DNA from: an uncultured Solirubrobacterales bacterium
GTDB taxonomy: Bacteria > Actinomycetota > Thermoleophilia > Solirubrobacterales > Solirubrobacteraceae
Assembly (NCBI GenBank): GCA_963697655.1
Contig: CAVOOV010000014.1
Span: forward strand, 38,118-102,117
DNA length: 64,000 bases
Direction: 5' to 3'
Shown piece by piece: positions 33,606-42,569 of the stretch (the stretch's first letter is position 1; every line of letters starts with the position of its first letter). The position numbers were made by a program, and so were the translations under genes. The notes under the pieces are model-generated. The model made no database searches. It was given only the letters and a program-made list of their open reading frames with translations, and was not told the origin of the DNA.

Positions 33606-35393
33606 TCAACGCTCCGACCTGCCTGCTGTTTGCGTCCACATCACCGTCAGTGCCACCAACACTGCCGCCGCGACGAGCAGCAGCGCCATCGCTGCAGGGT
33701 CACTCGACGCGCGAGGGCCGTCCGCGCGTGCCTCGGCCACTCGTATCGGGGGGTGCCCCTGGAGTCCGGTCGCCGCCTGCCGCGACCGGCGCCGGCTCGA
33801 CTTGACGACGGATTCGATCGAGGGATGAACGGCCGCCGTCGACGTTCTCGACGTCTGCGCCCACGCGAGCGCCAAGGTCGCTTCCCGGACCGGCGCTGCC
33901 GGCGCGACCGGCGCGACCGGCGCGATCAGGCCGGACACGGTGGCTCCCGCAAAGGCAGCCGTGCTGAACAGCCGAATGCGCCGCGTGGGCGATCCATTGG
34001 GCTCCGGCGGCCCTGGCACGGTCTGCGACGCGGATCTGGTCGAGGACGGTTGCCCGGCGATCGGTCCCGTCTGCTGAGCCGGCGCGGTAGGGCCGGGCGC
34101 GGGCGGTGTCGGGGGTGGCGCTGGTGAACCCGCAGGTGCGGGGCTCTCGTCGACGATCACCGTGCTCTGCCCGGTGACGACCTGCGTCTGGGTCGCGTCG
34201 TAGCACCAGGCGACGCAGCCGACCTGCACCTGCCAGATGATCTGATCGGTCACGTCGACGGCGCCGGGATTCGAGCCGGTCGCGCCGGCCTGTACGTTGA
34301 TGATCGTGATCGATTGCTGCGCTTGCTGGACCTGCTGGGTGTCGACGCAGTAGAAGACGCAGCCGATCTGAAGCTGCCATGTGCCCTGCTGCGCTTCGGC
34401 GACGGACTGAGGCGTGGGTGGTTGCGACACTGTTGCGTCATCCGTGACCTGGACGGTGGTGGCGCTTTGGGAGGCGACCTCAGTCTGCGTCGCGATCGCC
34501 TGAGCGGCCTGAACCTGACACGCCACTTGATCGACGATGCCCTCCACGGTTGCCGCCGTCGGCTGCATGGTCGACGAGCCGCAAGCCGGCTGCGACGCGT
34601 CGAGGTTCTGGAGTAGCTGCGTGAGCGCGGCCGCGGACGGATCGGTCGTGGTCGTGCCGAAGCATTCTGTAACGCAGCCGATCTGGATCTGCGTCACGCT
34701 GCTCGTCACCTGCGACGAGGACTTCGGCGACGGCGCCGTGTCGAGGGCGGTCGCCGACTGCAACGCCGTCCCCGCAACCTGCACGGTGACGCTTTCCTGG
34801 ATGGCCACCTGAACCTGGCTGACGTGCTGGCAGTGCGACGTACAGCCTGAAATCTGCACCTGCGAAATCGACTGGCTGGTGGTGGTCGACTCGACCGGCG
34901 CGGGGGGCGGCGTGGTTCCCGCCGGCGGCATGCCGGGGTTCGGCAGAGCTGGAGGTGTCTGACCGGGCGGGTCCGAGGGTGGGGTTGGGGTCGGCGCCGG
35001 CTGGCCCGGTGTGGTGGGCGGCGCGGCGGGGTTGGATGGTGGCGTCGTCTGGTCGGGTGGTGGCGGCGTCTGGTCGGGCGAAGCCGCGGCGGTGGGGATC
35101 GGCGGCGGGGTCACCGGCAGGGCCGGCGGCGAAGTCGCGTCGGTCGGCGCCGGGGGTGGCACGACCGCCGTGCCGGCGGCCTCAGGCGGGGAGGTTGCCG
35201 TCGGCTGCGATCCGGGGCCGTTGTCGCTCGTCGAGGCGGGCGGAGCCCCAGCCTGACTCGGGGTGCCTGCCGTCGCCGGCGAGGTGCCGACCGCGAGGGG
35301 GGCCTGATCCGCGCGCGCATGAGCCGCCGCGGCTAGCGCCACGACGATCGTGGTCAGGACCAGTCCGAGCTTTGCCGTGTTGAGGGATCGCAT
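33606..35393 (-). CDS. Secreted, membrane-anchored protein with Pro-rich stalks and four Q-rich GCxxxC repeats
   Basis: Signal peptide ending AHARA; QVQISGCTSHC, QIQIGCVTEC, QLQIGCVFYC, QVQVGCVAWC; C-terminal TM. Confidence 0.8.
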   Translation of the reverse strand: MRSLNTAKLGLVLTTIVVALAAAAHARADQAPLAVGTSPATAGTPSQAGAPPASTSDNGPGSQPTATSPPEAAGTAVVPPPAPTDATSPPALPVTPPPIPTAAASPDQTPPPPDQTTPPSNPAAPPTTPGQPAPTPTPPSDPPGQTPPALPNPGMPPAGTTPPPAPVESTTTSQSISQVQISGCTSHCQHVSQVQVAIQESVTVQVAGTALQSATALDTAPSPKSSSQVTSSVTQIQIGCVTECFGTTTTDPSAAALTQLLQNLDASQPACGSSTMQPTAATVEGIVDQVACQVQAAQAIATQTEVASQSATTVQVTDDATVSQPPTPQSVAEAQQGTWQLQIGCVFYCVDTQQVQQAQQSITIINVQAGATGSNPGAVDVTDQIIWQVQVGCVAWCYDATQTQVVTGQSTVIVDESPAPAGSPAPPPTPPAPGPTAPAQQTGPIAGQPSSTRSASQTVPGPPEPNGSPTRRIRLFSTAAFAGATVSGLIAPVAPVAPAAPVREATLALAWAQTSRTSTAAVHPSIESVVKSSRRRSRQAATGLQGHPPIRVAEARADGPRASSDPAAMALLLVAAAVLVALTVMWTQTAGRSER

Positions 35394-35495
35394 TGGGTGT
35401 CTCAGCGGGGGCCCGGCCGGCGCGTATCTGGCGCCGGCCGGGGCCGCGGTTTCTGCGCTCGAGACCAACGCGTCACCGTTGGCGGAGCGCCTCTA

Positions 35496-37208
35496 TTAGG
35501 TGCTGGTCTGGGTCTGCGTTCCGTTCTGCGTGGTGTTCGCGTTGTTGCCGGCGAAGCTGAGTGCGCCGTTGAGCGCGAACTGGTTGGCGCTGTTCGAGCC
35601 GCCCGAGATATTCCCGGCGGCGATGTTGACCGGGACGTTGGCGTTGACCGCGGTCTGGTTTGCGTTGGCGCACGAAGCCGCCAATTGACCAGTGAGCGCC
35701 TCCTGATCGCTCAGCTGCGCTTGACCGGCCCCGCCGCAGCCCCACTGGCAGCTGGAGCCGGCGGTTTGGGCCTGGGTGTTGTTTTGCGTGGTGTTGGCGT
35801 TGTTGCCGGCGCCGCTGGCAGCTCCGTTGATCGCGCCCTGGTTGGCGCTGTTGGAGCCGCCCGAGATGTCACCGGCGGCGATGTTGACCGGGACGTTCGC
35901 GTTGACCGCGGTCTGGTTGGCGTTGGCTGTCGAGAACGCTCCCTGGAGCGTCGCCGCGCTCTGACCCGAGGCCTGGAACTGGCCCGCACCGCCGCAGCCG
36001 ACCTGGCAGTTGGAGCCGGCCGTCTGCGTCTGGGTGTTGTTCTGGGTCGTGCCGGCGTTGTTGCCGGCACCGCTCAGCGCGCCGTTGCCGGCGAGCTGGT
36101 TGGCGCTGTTGTTACCGCCGGAGACGTTCCCGGCGGCGATGTTGACCGGGACATTCGCGTTGACCACGGTCTGGTTGGCGTTCGCCGAGGATCCCGCGAG
36201 CTGACCGGTCACCGCCTGCTGCCCGCTCAGTTGGGCTTGACCGGCCCCGCCGCAGCCCCACTGGCAGCTGGAATTGGCGGTTTGGGTCTGGGTGTTGTTC
36301 TGGGTGGTGTTGGCGTTGTTGCCGGCGCTGCTCAGCGCGCCGTTGCCGGCGAGCTGGTTGGCGCTGTTGGTGCCGCCCGAAACGTTGCCGCCGGCAATGT
36401 TCACCGGAACGTTGGCGTTCACCGCGGTCTGGTTGGCGTTCGCCCCCGACAGCGCTCCCTGGAGCGTCGCCGCGCTCTGACCGGCCGCCTGGGCCTGGCC
36501 GGAGCCGCCGCAGCCGACCTGGCAGTTGGAGCCGGCCGTCTGCGTCTGGGTGTTGTTCTGGGTGGTGCCAGCGTTGTTGCCGGCGCCGCTCAGCGCACCG
36601 TTGCCGGCACCCTGGTTGGCGCTGTTGCTGCCGCCTGACGCATCGCCGCCCGACGGGCTGCCGCCGGTGGTGCTCGGCGCATTGCCGTTGACGGCCGTCT
36701 GGTTGGCGTTCGCCGATGATCCGGCCAGCTGGCCGGTCACGGACTTCTGGCTGCTCCCTTGTGCCTGTCCAGGTCCGCCTCCACCGATCGCTGCACCGGC
36801 GCTGGCGGTCTGGGTCTGGGTGTTGTTCTGGGTCGTGTTGGCGTTGTTGCCCGCGCCGCTGACCGCTCCGTTGATCGCGCCCTGATTGGCGCTGCTGGAG
36901 CCGCCCGTGGGCGTGCCGCCCATGGGCCCACCCATCGGCTTTCCGCCCATCGGCGTGCCGCAGCCACACGGCTTGCCACCGCCTGAGGGCTGACCGCCGG
37001 CGACGCTCACCGGCGCGTTCGAGTTGGTGGCAGTCTGCTGGGCGTTCGCGCTCGAGAGCGCACCCTGCAGCGTTGTCGCGGCCTGACCCGCGAACTGTGC
37101 TTGACCGAGGCCACCGGCCCCGGCGCTGCCTCCACCGTCAGCCATCGCCTGCGCCGGTATGGCGAGCGCGACGATGCTGACGGCGGCAGCGATCAATTTC
37201 GATCTCAT
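35496..37208 (-). CDS. Secreted N/Q/G/A-rich repeat protein (six ~86-aa repeats), candidate functional amyloid subunit
   Basis: AAGGAG RBS, Sec signal ending AMA, 258-bp DNA periodicity. Confidence 0.88.
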   Translation of the reverse strand: MRSKLIAAAVSIVALAIPAQAMADGGGSAGAGGLGQAQFAGQAATTLQGALSSANAQQTATNSNAPVSVAGGQPSGGGKPCGCGTPMGGKPMGGPMGGTPTGGSSSANQGAINGAVSGAGNNANTTQNNTQTQTASAGAAIGGGGPGQAQGSSQKSVTGQLAGSSANANQTAVNGNAPSTTGGSPSGGDASGGSNSANQGAGNGALSGAGNNAGTTQNNTQTQTAGSNCQVGCGGSGQAQAAGQSAATLQGALSGANANQTAVNANVPVNIAGGNVSGGTNSANQLAGNGALSSAGNNANTTQNNTQTQTANSSCQWGCGGAGQAQLSGQQAVTGQLAGSSANANQTVVNANVPVNIAAGNVSGGNNSANQLAGNGALSGAGNNAGTTQNNTQTQTAGSNCQVGCGGAGQFQASGQSAATLQGAFSTANANQTAVNANVPVNIAAGDISGGSNSANQGAINGAASGAGNNANTTQNNTQAQTAGSSCQWGCGGAGQAQLSDQEALTGQLAASCANANQTAVNANVPVNIAAGNISGGSNSANQFALNGALSFAGNNANTTQNGTQTQTST

Positions 37209-37358
37209 GCTGCTTCGTTCTCCTTGGTTGAGGTGGATCGCCGCGCTCGCACTGCTCACTGAGCAGCGGCGATGACCTGGCCGAGCCCGCTAAGTCGAGA
37301 GGGACTCGGTGACGACCGCCTCACGTCGGCGACCGTCGCTTGCACCGACCCAGCGGCG

Positions 37359-38321
37359 CTAACCAGGCCGTTCCAACCTCGAGACGAGGAACGCCGATCG
37401 CGCTGGGGCAAGCCCCAGGCCTAAGAGCCCCGGCAACAAGGCTCGAAGAATGCACAGGCCGCCGAAAGCGAGGAGAGCCGCGGCGGCCGCGCCCGCTCCT
37501 CCGCCTCCGGCGCCCGCGGCGCTGCCCTCCGCTCCGCCTGGCGGCAGGGCTGGCGAGAGTGGGACTGCCAGCGGCGCCGTCGTCACCGCGACGCCCGGAC
37601 GGGATCGACGCGGGTCGAGATGACGTCGGCGCCCGGGTTCGCTGCGCGAGTCCGCGCGACGAGCCGGCACAGCCGGCTGCGTGCCGCGCCGGCTCGTCGC
37701 CACGAGCACCAGCACTGGCGACCACGGGCGGGCGACGGCGGAGTGCGCGACGGGAGCGCGCCCTGTCGATCCCGCCGGCCGAGCCGACGTTGCGACTGGG
37801 CGATGAGCTCGTGGATGCGCGAAGCGATGGGCGCGCGTCCGGCCTCGTGGCGTCCGGTCGGACCGGGCCGTGCGCGACGTGGTCGATTCGGTGCCGACAG
37901 CCTGCCCCGCGTCCGGCTGGGGCACGGGCCCCGCGAGCGCGCTCACCGACTGCTCCACGGCCCCGGCAGTCGAAGGCGCCGGCGCCGCGGGTGCGGGGTT
38001 TTCCGGCGCGGGCTGTGGGGTGGGCCGAGCCACGACGGGCACGGGCGGCACCGCGGGCGGCGCCACCACAGGCGCCGCCGGCGGCGAGCCAGGCTGGGCT
38101 CCTCCAGATGCTCCGGCGCCGCTCGCCGACGGGATTTGAGCGAGCGCCGCGGACACGGCGCTCTGCGCTGGCGCGGGAACCAGGGCAGCGAGCTGGCTCA
38201 GCGCGGCGGAGCCGGGACTGGCGGCCTCCGCCCCGGTCGGCACGATCAGCGCAAGCGTGAGAAGCGCCGTCGCGAGCGCCCCCAACAAGCCCCAAGACTT
38301 TCGAATCAGATGATCAGCCAT
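37359..38321 (-). CDS. Pro/Ala-rich exported protein with C-terminal hydrophobic segment, ends LERPG
   Basis: Signal peptide ending AEA; low-complexity body. Confidence 0.65.
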   Translation of the reverse strand: MADHLIRKSWGLLGALATALLTLALIVPTGAEAASPGSAALSQLAALVPAPAQSAVSAALAQIPSASGAGASGGAQPGSPPAAPVVAPPAVPPVPVVARPTPQPAPENPAPAAPAPSTAGAVEQSVSALAGPVPQPDAGQAVGTESTTSRTARSDRTPRGRTRAHRFAHPRAHRPVATSARPAGSTGRAPVAHSAVARPWSPVLVLVATSRRGTQPAVPARRADSRSEPGRRRHLDPRRSRPGVAVTTAPLAVPLSPALPPGGAEGSAAGAGGGGAGAAAAALLAFGGLCILRALLPGLLGLGLAPARSAFLVSRLERPG

Positions 38322-38445
38322 GATCAGCTTCTGCTGGTTAATGTCTCGCCGACGCCCAGATCCGATCCAAGAAACCCTGGGTATCACTCGTTATCTCTGT
38401 ACCTTCCTCGGTGATATCGGTCGCAGAAGGGGCACGGCGACATCG

Positions 38446-39516
38446 GTGAAAAAGCTCATTTCCCGGCGGGCGGCAGCGCCGCCAGAGGGCTCGAACGGTC
38501 CGGGTCTTCCCGACGCCGAGAAGGACGCGATGGTGCGCTCGCACCTCCCGCTGGTGCGGGCGATCGCACGGCGCTACGCGGGCCGGGGAGAGGAGCTCGA
38601 TGACCTGGTCCAGGCCGGCTCGGTCGGGCTGGTCAGGGCGTCAGCCCGCTTCGACCCGGGCCGTGGCGTCGCCTTCGCGACGTTCGTGGGACCTGCCGTC
38701 GAAGGTGCGATCCGGCGGCATCTGAGCAAGCGCCGAGGTGGCGTGCAGCTGCCGCCCAAGGCGCAGTGGACGAGCGCGGACTCGCCCGTGCTCGAGGCGA
38801 GCGACGCAGCCGTTGACGGGTCGCGCGAGCCCAAGTCTCTCGTCGAGAGCGAGCACCGCATGCTGCTCGCAGGGGGTTTCCGCGCGCTGGATGAACGGGA
38901 GCGTCAGATCGTGTTTCTCCGCTTCAACGCCGACATGACCGAGCGTCAGATCGCGACGGCTGTCGGCATCTCGCAGGCACACGTCTCGCGACTACTCGAC
39001 GGCGCCCTGACCAAGCTCCGGGCCGAGCTCAGCTCGGCGGACTCCGTAAAGGGGGCTGATACCACGAAATCTCAAGCGATATCACGCCCCAAAGCGCCGG
39101 AAATTGCGAGGACAGAGACTAGAATCGAGGGCGTGGGCGCAGAGAAGGAGAGCGTGGGCGCGCAACCGGACAAGGCCACGCGACATGGCAACGGTCGGTC
39201 TCCGAAGACGAGCTACAGCGGCCGGTTCCTCGTTCGGATGCCGAGCGAGCTTCACGAGCAGCTCACGCTTGCTGCCGAGCGCGACGAGATCAGCCTCAAC
39301 CGGTACGTAACCGACGCGCTCTCGACCTCCGTCGGCGTGGCCTCATCGGACCGAGCGAACTCCCCACCCGGAGCACCTGGCGCCGCAGACTCGGCCAAGG
39401 ACCGGAGAGCGACCCGGACGCTCAGGATGGCCCTCGCGACGAACGTCGCGCTCGTGATCGTTGCGGCCGTTATCGCCCTCGTGCTGCTGGTGCTCGCGTT
39501 GCAGCGCGGGATCTGA
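38446..39516 (+). CDS. Alternative sigma-70 factor (regions 2 and 4) fused to a HicB-like RHH domain and C-terminal TM
   Basis: HLPLVRAIARRY, DLVQAG..GL, LDERERQIVFLRF, ISQAHVSRLL; YSGRFLVRMPSELH...SLN; terminal hydrophobic helix. Confidence 0.88.
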   Translation: MKKLISRRAAAPPEGSNGPGLPDAEKDAMVRSHLPLVRAIARRYAGRGEELDDLVQAGSVGLVRASARFDPGRGVAFATFVGPAVEGAIRRHLSKRRGGVQLPPKAQWTSADSPVLEASDAAVDGSREPKSLVESEHRMLLAGGFRALDERERQIVFLRFNADMTERQIATAVGISQAHVSRLLDGALTKLRAELSSADSVKGADTTKSQAISRPKAPEIARTETRIEGVGAEKESVGAQPDKATRHGNGRSPKTSYSGRFLVRMPSELHEQLTLAAERDEISLNRYVTDALSTSVGVASSDRANSPPGAPGAADSAKDRRATRTLRMALATNVALVIVAAVIALVLLVLALQRGI

Positions 39517-39579
39517 CGCCGCACTGCAAGTCGGCGGTCACGTTGCAGGATCGCCGGCGGTGGGGGCGAACCCGCCGAC

Positions 39580-40830
39580 GTGCGCAACGGAACGCTCCAC
39601 GGGGTAATCGAGGCGTTCGCGACGGAGGCGGCGATGGTGCTATGCGCCGAGACCGCATCCGGCGCGGAGGTCCCGTTCGAGCTGGTCGACGCGGCCGGCG
39701 GTCCCCGTGGCCGTGTCCCCCTGTACTGCTACCGGCCGCTGACCGATCCGTTCATCCGCGAGCGGCTCGGGTTGCTCTCAGGGCTACCCACCTACGCCCC
39801 TGCGGTGCGTGCGGTGAGCAGCCTCGAGGGCGTCGACGCGTACCTGCGCCAGCGCGGGGAATCGCGCGTCCCGTCCGAGCGGCGCGAATGCGCCGACGCC
39901 GCGCTGCGCACGTTCCTGTCCGTGCTGTACGACGAACGCAGCGAGTTCTCGTTCGACCCCGATCGGTTTGAAGTCGCCTACGACGAGCTCGAGCAGGCGC
40001 TGTACGAGGGTCGCGCGGTGACGACGGTCGTGGCGCCGCTGCTGGGGATCGCGCTCGACACCGAGACGACTGAGATCGCGCTCGGCGAGGGACTCGCGCT
40101 CGTCCGAGGTGACGCGCTCGACGACGCGCCGCCCGACGCGGTCTGGGGCGACGCCGAGGAGCCTCACGTGCTCGCGGTGCTGACCGTGGCCCAGGATCGG
40201 GCTGCGCCGGCGCCGGTGTCGGTTGCGCGCGTCCGCTTTCGGCGCACACTGACCGCGCTGCGGTTGTTCGAGCGCGGCGGGTTCGCGCTCGGCCCGGTGG
40301 CGTGGACGCGGATCGATGCCGGAAGCTGGCGCTCGGTGCCGCTCGGCGGCAGCGGCCGGCCGCGCCTGACCCGACATATACCGGCCGCGCAGGAGGACGA
40401 GCTGCGGGCGTTCTGCAACCTGGTGGCGCGGCGCACCCCGAGGGGCGGGGAGACAGCGTGGGCCCTGGCCCGGTTCGAGATGGGCTGCGAGCGCCTGGCG
40501 CCGTTCGAGGCGCTGACCGACTATCTGCTGGCGCTGAGGGCGCTGCTGGAGCCCGAGGGCCCCGCGAGCGGCCGCCTGGCCGGCCGTCTGGCCGCGATCT
40601 GCGCCCGGCCCGAGGACCGGGCAGCGGTAGCCGAGCGCACGGCGCATGCGATCTCGCTCGAGCGGGCGGTGATCGCCGGCCTCGCCCCGGCACAGACCGG
40701 CGTCGACGCGCTCGTCGAGGAGCTCGCCGAGCAGCTGCGGGCGCTGCTCAGAGATGTCCTGTGCGGCCACCTCGAGCCCGACCTGTGCTCGGTCGCCGAC
40801 GACCTGCTGGCGGCGCCTTCACCGCTTTAG
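39580..40830 (+). CDS. Conserved hypothetical protein with an Apea-like HEPN-type C-terminus
   Basis: Strong coding bias; LTDYLLALRALLE...LAGRLAA helix pattern; no RxxxxH motif. Confidence 0.7.
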   Translation: MRNGTLHGVIEAFATEAAMVLCAETASGAEVPFELVDAAGGPRGRVPLYCYRPLTDPFIRERLGLLSGLPTYAPAVRAVSSLEGVDAYLRQRGESRVPSERRECADAALRTFLSVLYDERSEFSFDPDRFEVAYDELEQALYEGRAVTTVVAPLLGIALDTETTEIALGEGLALVRGDALDDAPPDAVWGDAEEPHVLAVLTVAQDRAAPAPVSVARVRFRRTLTALRLFERGGFALGPVAWTRIDAGSWRSVPLGGSGRPRLTRHIPAAQEDELRAFCNLVARRTPRGGETAWALARFEMGCERLAPFEALTDYLLALRALLEPEGPASGRLAGRLAAICARPEDRAAVAERTAHAISLERAVIAGLAPAQTGVDALVEELAEQLRALLRDVLCGHLEPDLCSVADDLLAAPSPL

Positions 40831-40870
40831 CGCAGCGGTGTACGACGGTAGCGCTGCGCTAGGCTTGGCC

Positions 40871-41015
40871 GCAGACCGCTCCCTACTCGGTCCCATGTCG
40901 GGGCCGGGAGTGTCTTGCCGCCAGGCTCGACATATAAGTCCTGGCGCTCTAATGCAGTTAGGGGGAGCGCGATCGCAGCTTCGAGCGGGCGCAGAGCCCG
41001 CTCGTGCTGTTTTTT
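40871..41015 (+). ncRNA. Unassigned structured RNA with intrinsic terminator
   Basis: TAGGCT -10-like hexamer at 40860; three stems with complementary loops; CGAGCGGGC/GCCCGCTCG hairpin followed by a T run. Confidence 0.5.
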
Positions 41016-41133
41016 GGGGTCAGGGCCTGTCGAGGGGGGTAGGTGGACGGTTATGCTCAGCCCCGTGCCACCAGCCGCCGCCGGGCCCGCCGTCAAGCCC
41101 AACGTCCATCCAAATTGCCTGAACACCCCGCGG

Positions 41134-41289
41134 ATGAACGAGGACGGCTTCGAGGAGCTGTGCCATCTGGTCACCGAGCAGGATCCGGACACGGCGCTGT
41201 GCGGCAAGGACGTGTCGGGGTACCCGTGGGACCCCCCCTGGCCCCGCTGCGAGGCGTGCCTGTCGGTCGCCCGGGGAGAGATGAACTGA
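41134..41289 (+). CDS. Small Cys/His-rich putative zinc-binding protein
   Basis: CH...ALCG...RCEAC; start could be ATG 41053. Confidence 0.55.
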   Translation: MNEDGFEELCHLVTEQDPDTALCGKDVSGYPWDPPWPRCEACLSVARGEMN

Positions 41290-41323
41290 GACCGGCGCCG
41301 ACCTGGTGGCGCGGGCGGCGGCC

Positions 41324-41821
41324 GTGACCGAGTACGGGCTGACCTGCGTCGTCGAGATCCCGAAGGGCGGGCGGAACAAGTACGAGTACGACCCCGAGCT
41401 GGGCGGCATCAAGCTCGACCGGTTCATCTCGGCCTCGGTCGTGTACCCGACCGATTATGGCTACGTCCCGGACACGCTCGCGCCCGACGGCGACCCGCTC
41501 GACGTGCTCGTATGCGTGTCCGAGCCGACGTTCCCCGGCTGCTACGTGCTGGCCAAGGCGATCGGGCTGTTGAAGATGGCCGACGAGAAGGGACCCGACG
41601 ACCACGTCGTGTGCGTGCCGGTCGACGACCCCGGCTGGAACACGCTCGAGGACATCGACGACCTACCGCGCCAGCTGCGCGCCGAGATCACCCACTTCTT
41701 CACGGTCTACAAGGACCTAGATCCCGACCGGCATTCCGACGTCACGGGCTGGGCGGGCCGCGCGGCGGCGCTCGAGGCGATCGAGGCGGCGCGGCGGGCG
41801 TTCCGGGAGAAGACCGACTAG
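41324..41821 (+). CDS. ppa: Inorganic pyrophosphatase
   Basis: EIPKG..NKYE, YPTDYG, DGDPLD, FFTVYKDL. Confidence 0.96.
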   Translation: MTEYGLTCVVEIPKGGRNKYEYDPELGGIKLDRFISASVVYPTDYGYVPDTLAPDGDPLDVLVCVSEPTFPGCYVLAKAIGLLKMADEKGPDDHVVCVPVDDPGWNTLEDIDDLPRQLRAEITHFFTVYKDLDPDRHSDVTGWAGRAAALEAIEAARRAFREKTD

Positions 41822-41829
41822 AGCCGCGG

Positions 41830-42531
41830 TCAGCCCGCTTCGGTCTCTTCCGTTTCGTCCTCTGCCTCGGCGTCCGCCTTCTCCATCTTTCTTGCGCGGT
41901 GCTTCCACACGCGGTGGGCGATAAAGGCGAGGATCAGCAGGCCGACCGCGATGCCAAAGAACGCCTCGTACCTCGTGGCCGTCCGGTAGATGCTGTCGAT
42001 GTTGCTGCCCGAGAAGTAGCCGATCGAGACCCAGACGCCGACCCACAGCGCTGCGCCGAGCATGTTGAACGGAATGAACTTCGTCCAGTGCATGCCGGTG
42101 ATGCCCGCGATGATGCCGTTGGCCTGACGGAGCCCCTCGACGAAGCGCGCGATCACGATCACCTTGCCGCCGTGGCGGTCGAAGAAGTTGGCGGTCTTGT
42201 CGAGCCGCTCCGGAGTGAGAAAGATGTATTTGCCGAACCGCTCGGCCAGCGGGCGGCCGCCGAAATGGCCGATCGCGAACCCGAGGTTGTCTCCGAGAAT
42301 CGCGGCGAGGAAGCCGATCAGGGCCACCAGCCAGACGTTCAGCCGTCCCGTGCCGGCGTACACGGCCGCGATGATCAATACGGTCTCGCCCGGCACCGGA
42401 ACGCCGAAGTCCTCGAGGAAGATCAGTGCGAGCGCGAGGTAGCCGAAGCGATTCAGCGTAGGCTCGAGGCTGTGGAGGACGCCCGGCAGGTGCCCCGGGG
42501 GAGCGGACGCCGCTAGCAGGAGATGGAGCAC
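41830..42531 (-). CDS. DedA family membrane protein
   Basis: GVPVPGE, LGDNLGF.IG, ARFVEGLR. Confidence 0.93.
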   Translation of the reverse strand: MLHLLLAASAPPGHLPGVLHSLEPTLNRFGYLALALIFLEDFGVPVPGETVLIIAAVYAGTGRLNVWLVALIGFLAAILGDNLGFAIGHFGGRPLAERFGKYIFLTPERLDKTANFFDRHGGKVIVIARFVEGLRQANGIIAGITGMHWTKFIPFNMLGAALWVGVWVSIGYFSGSNIDSIYRTATRYEAFFGIAVGLLILAFIAHRVWKHRARKMEKADAEAEDETEETEAG

Positions 42532-42569
42532 GATGAGACCCTACCCGCGCGCTTTGCCATCATCGCGCT

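Noticed and set aside
39580-40830. HEPN toxin or defence nuclease paired with the RHH domain of the upstream sigma factor
   Set aside because: No RxxxxH catalytic motif, and codon usage looks like core genome; the pairing is unsupported
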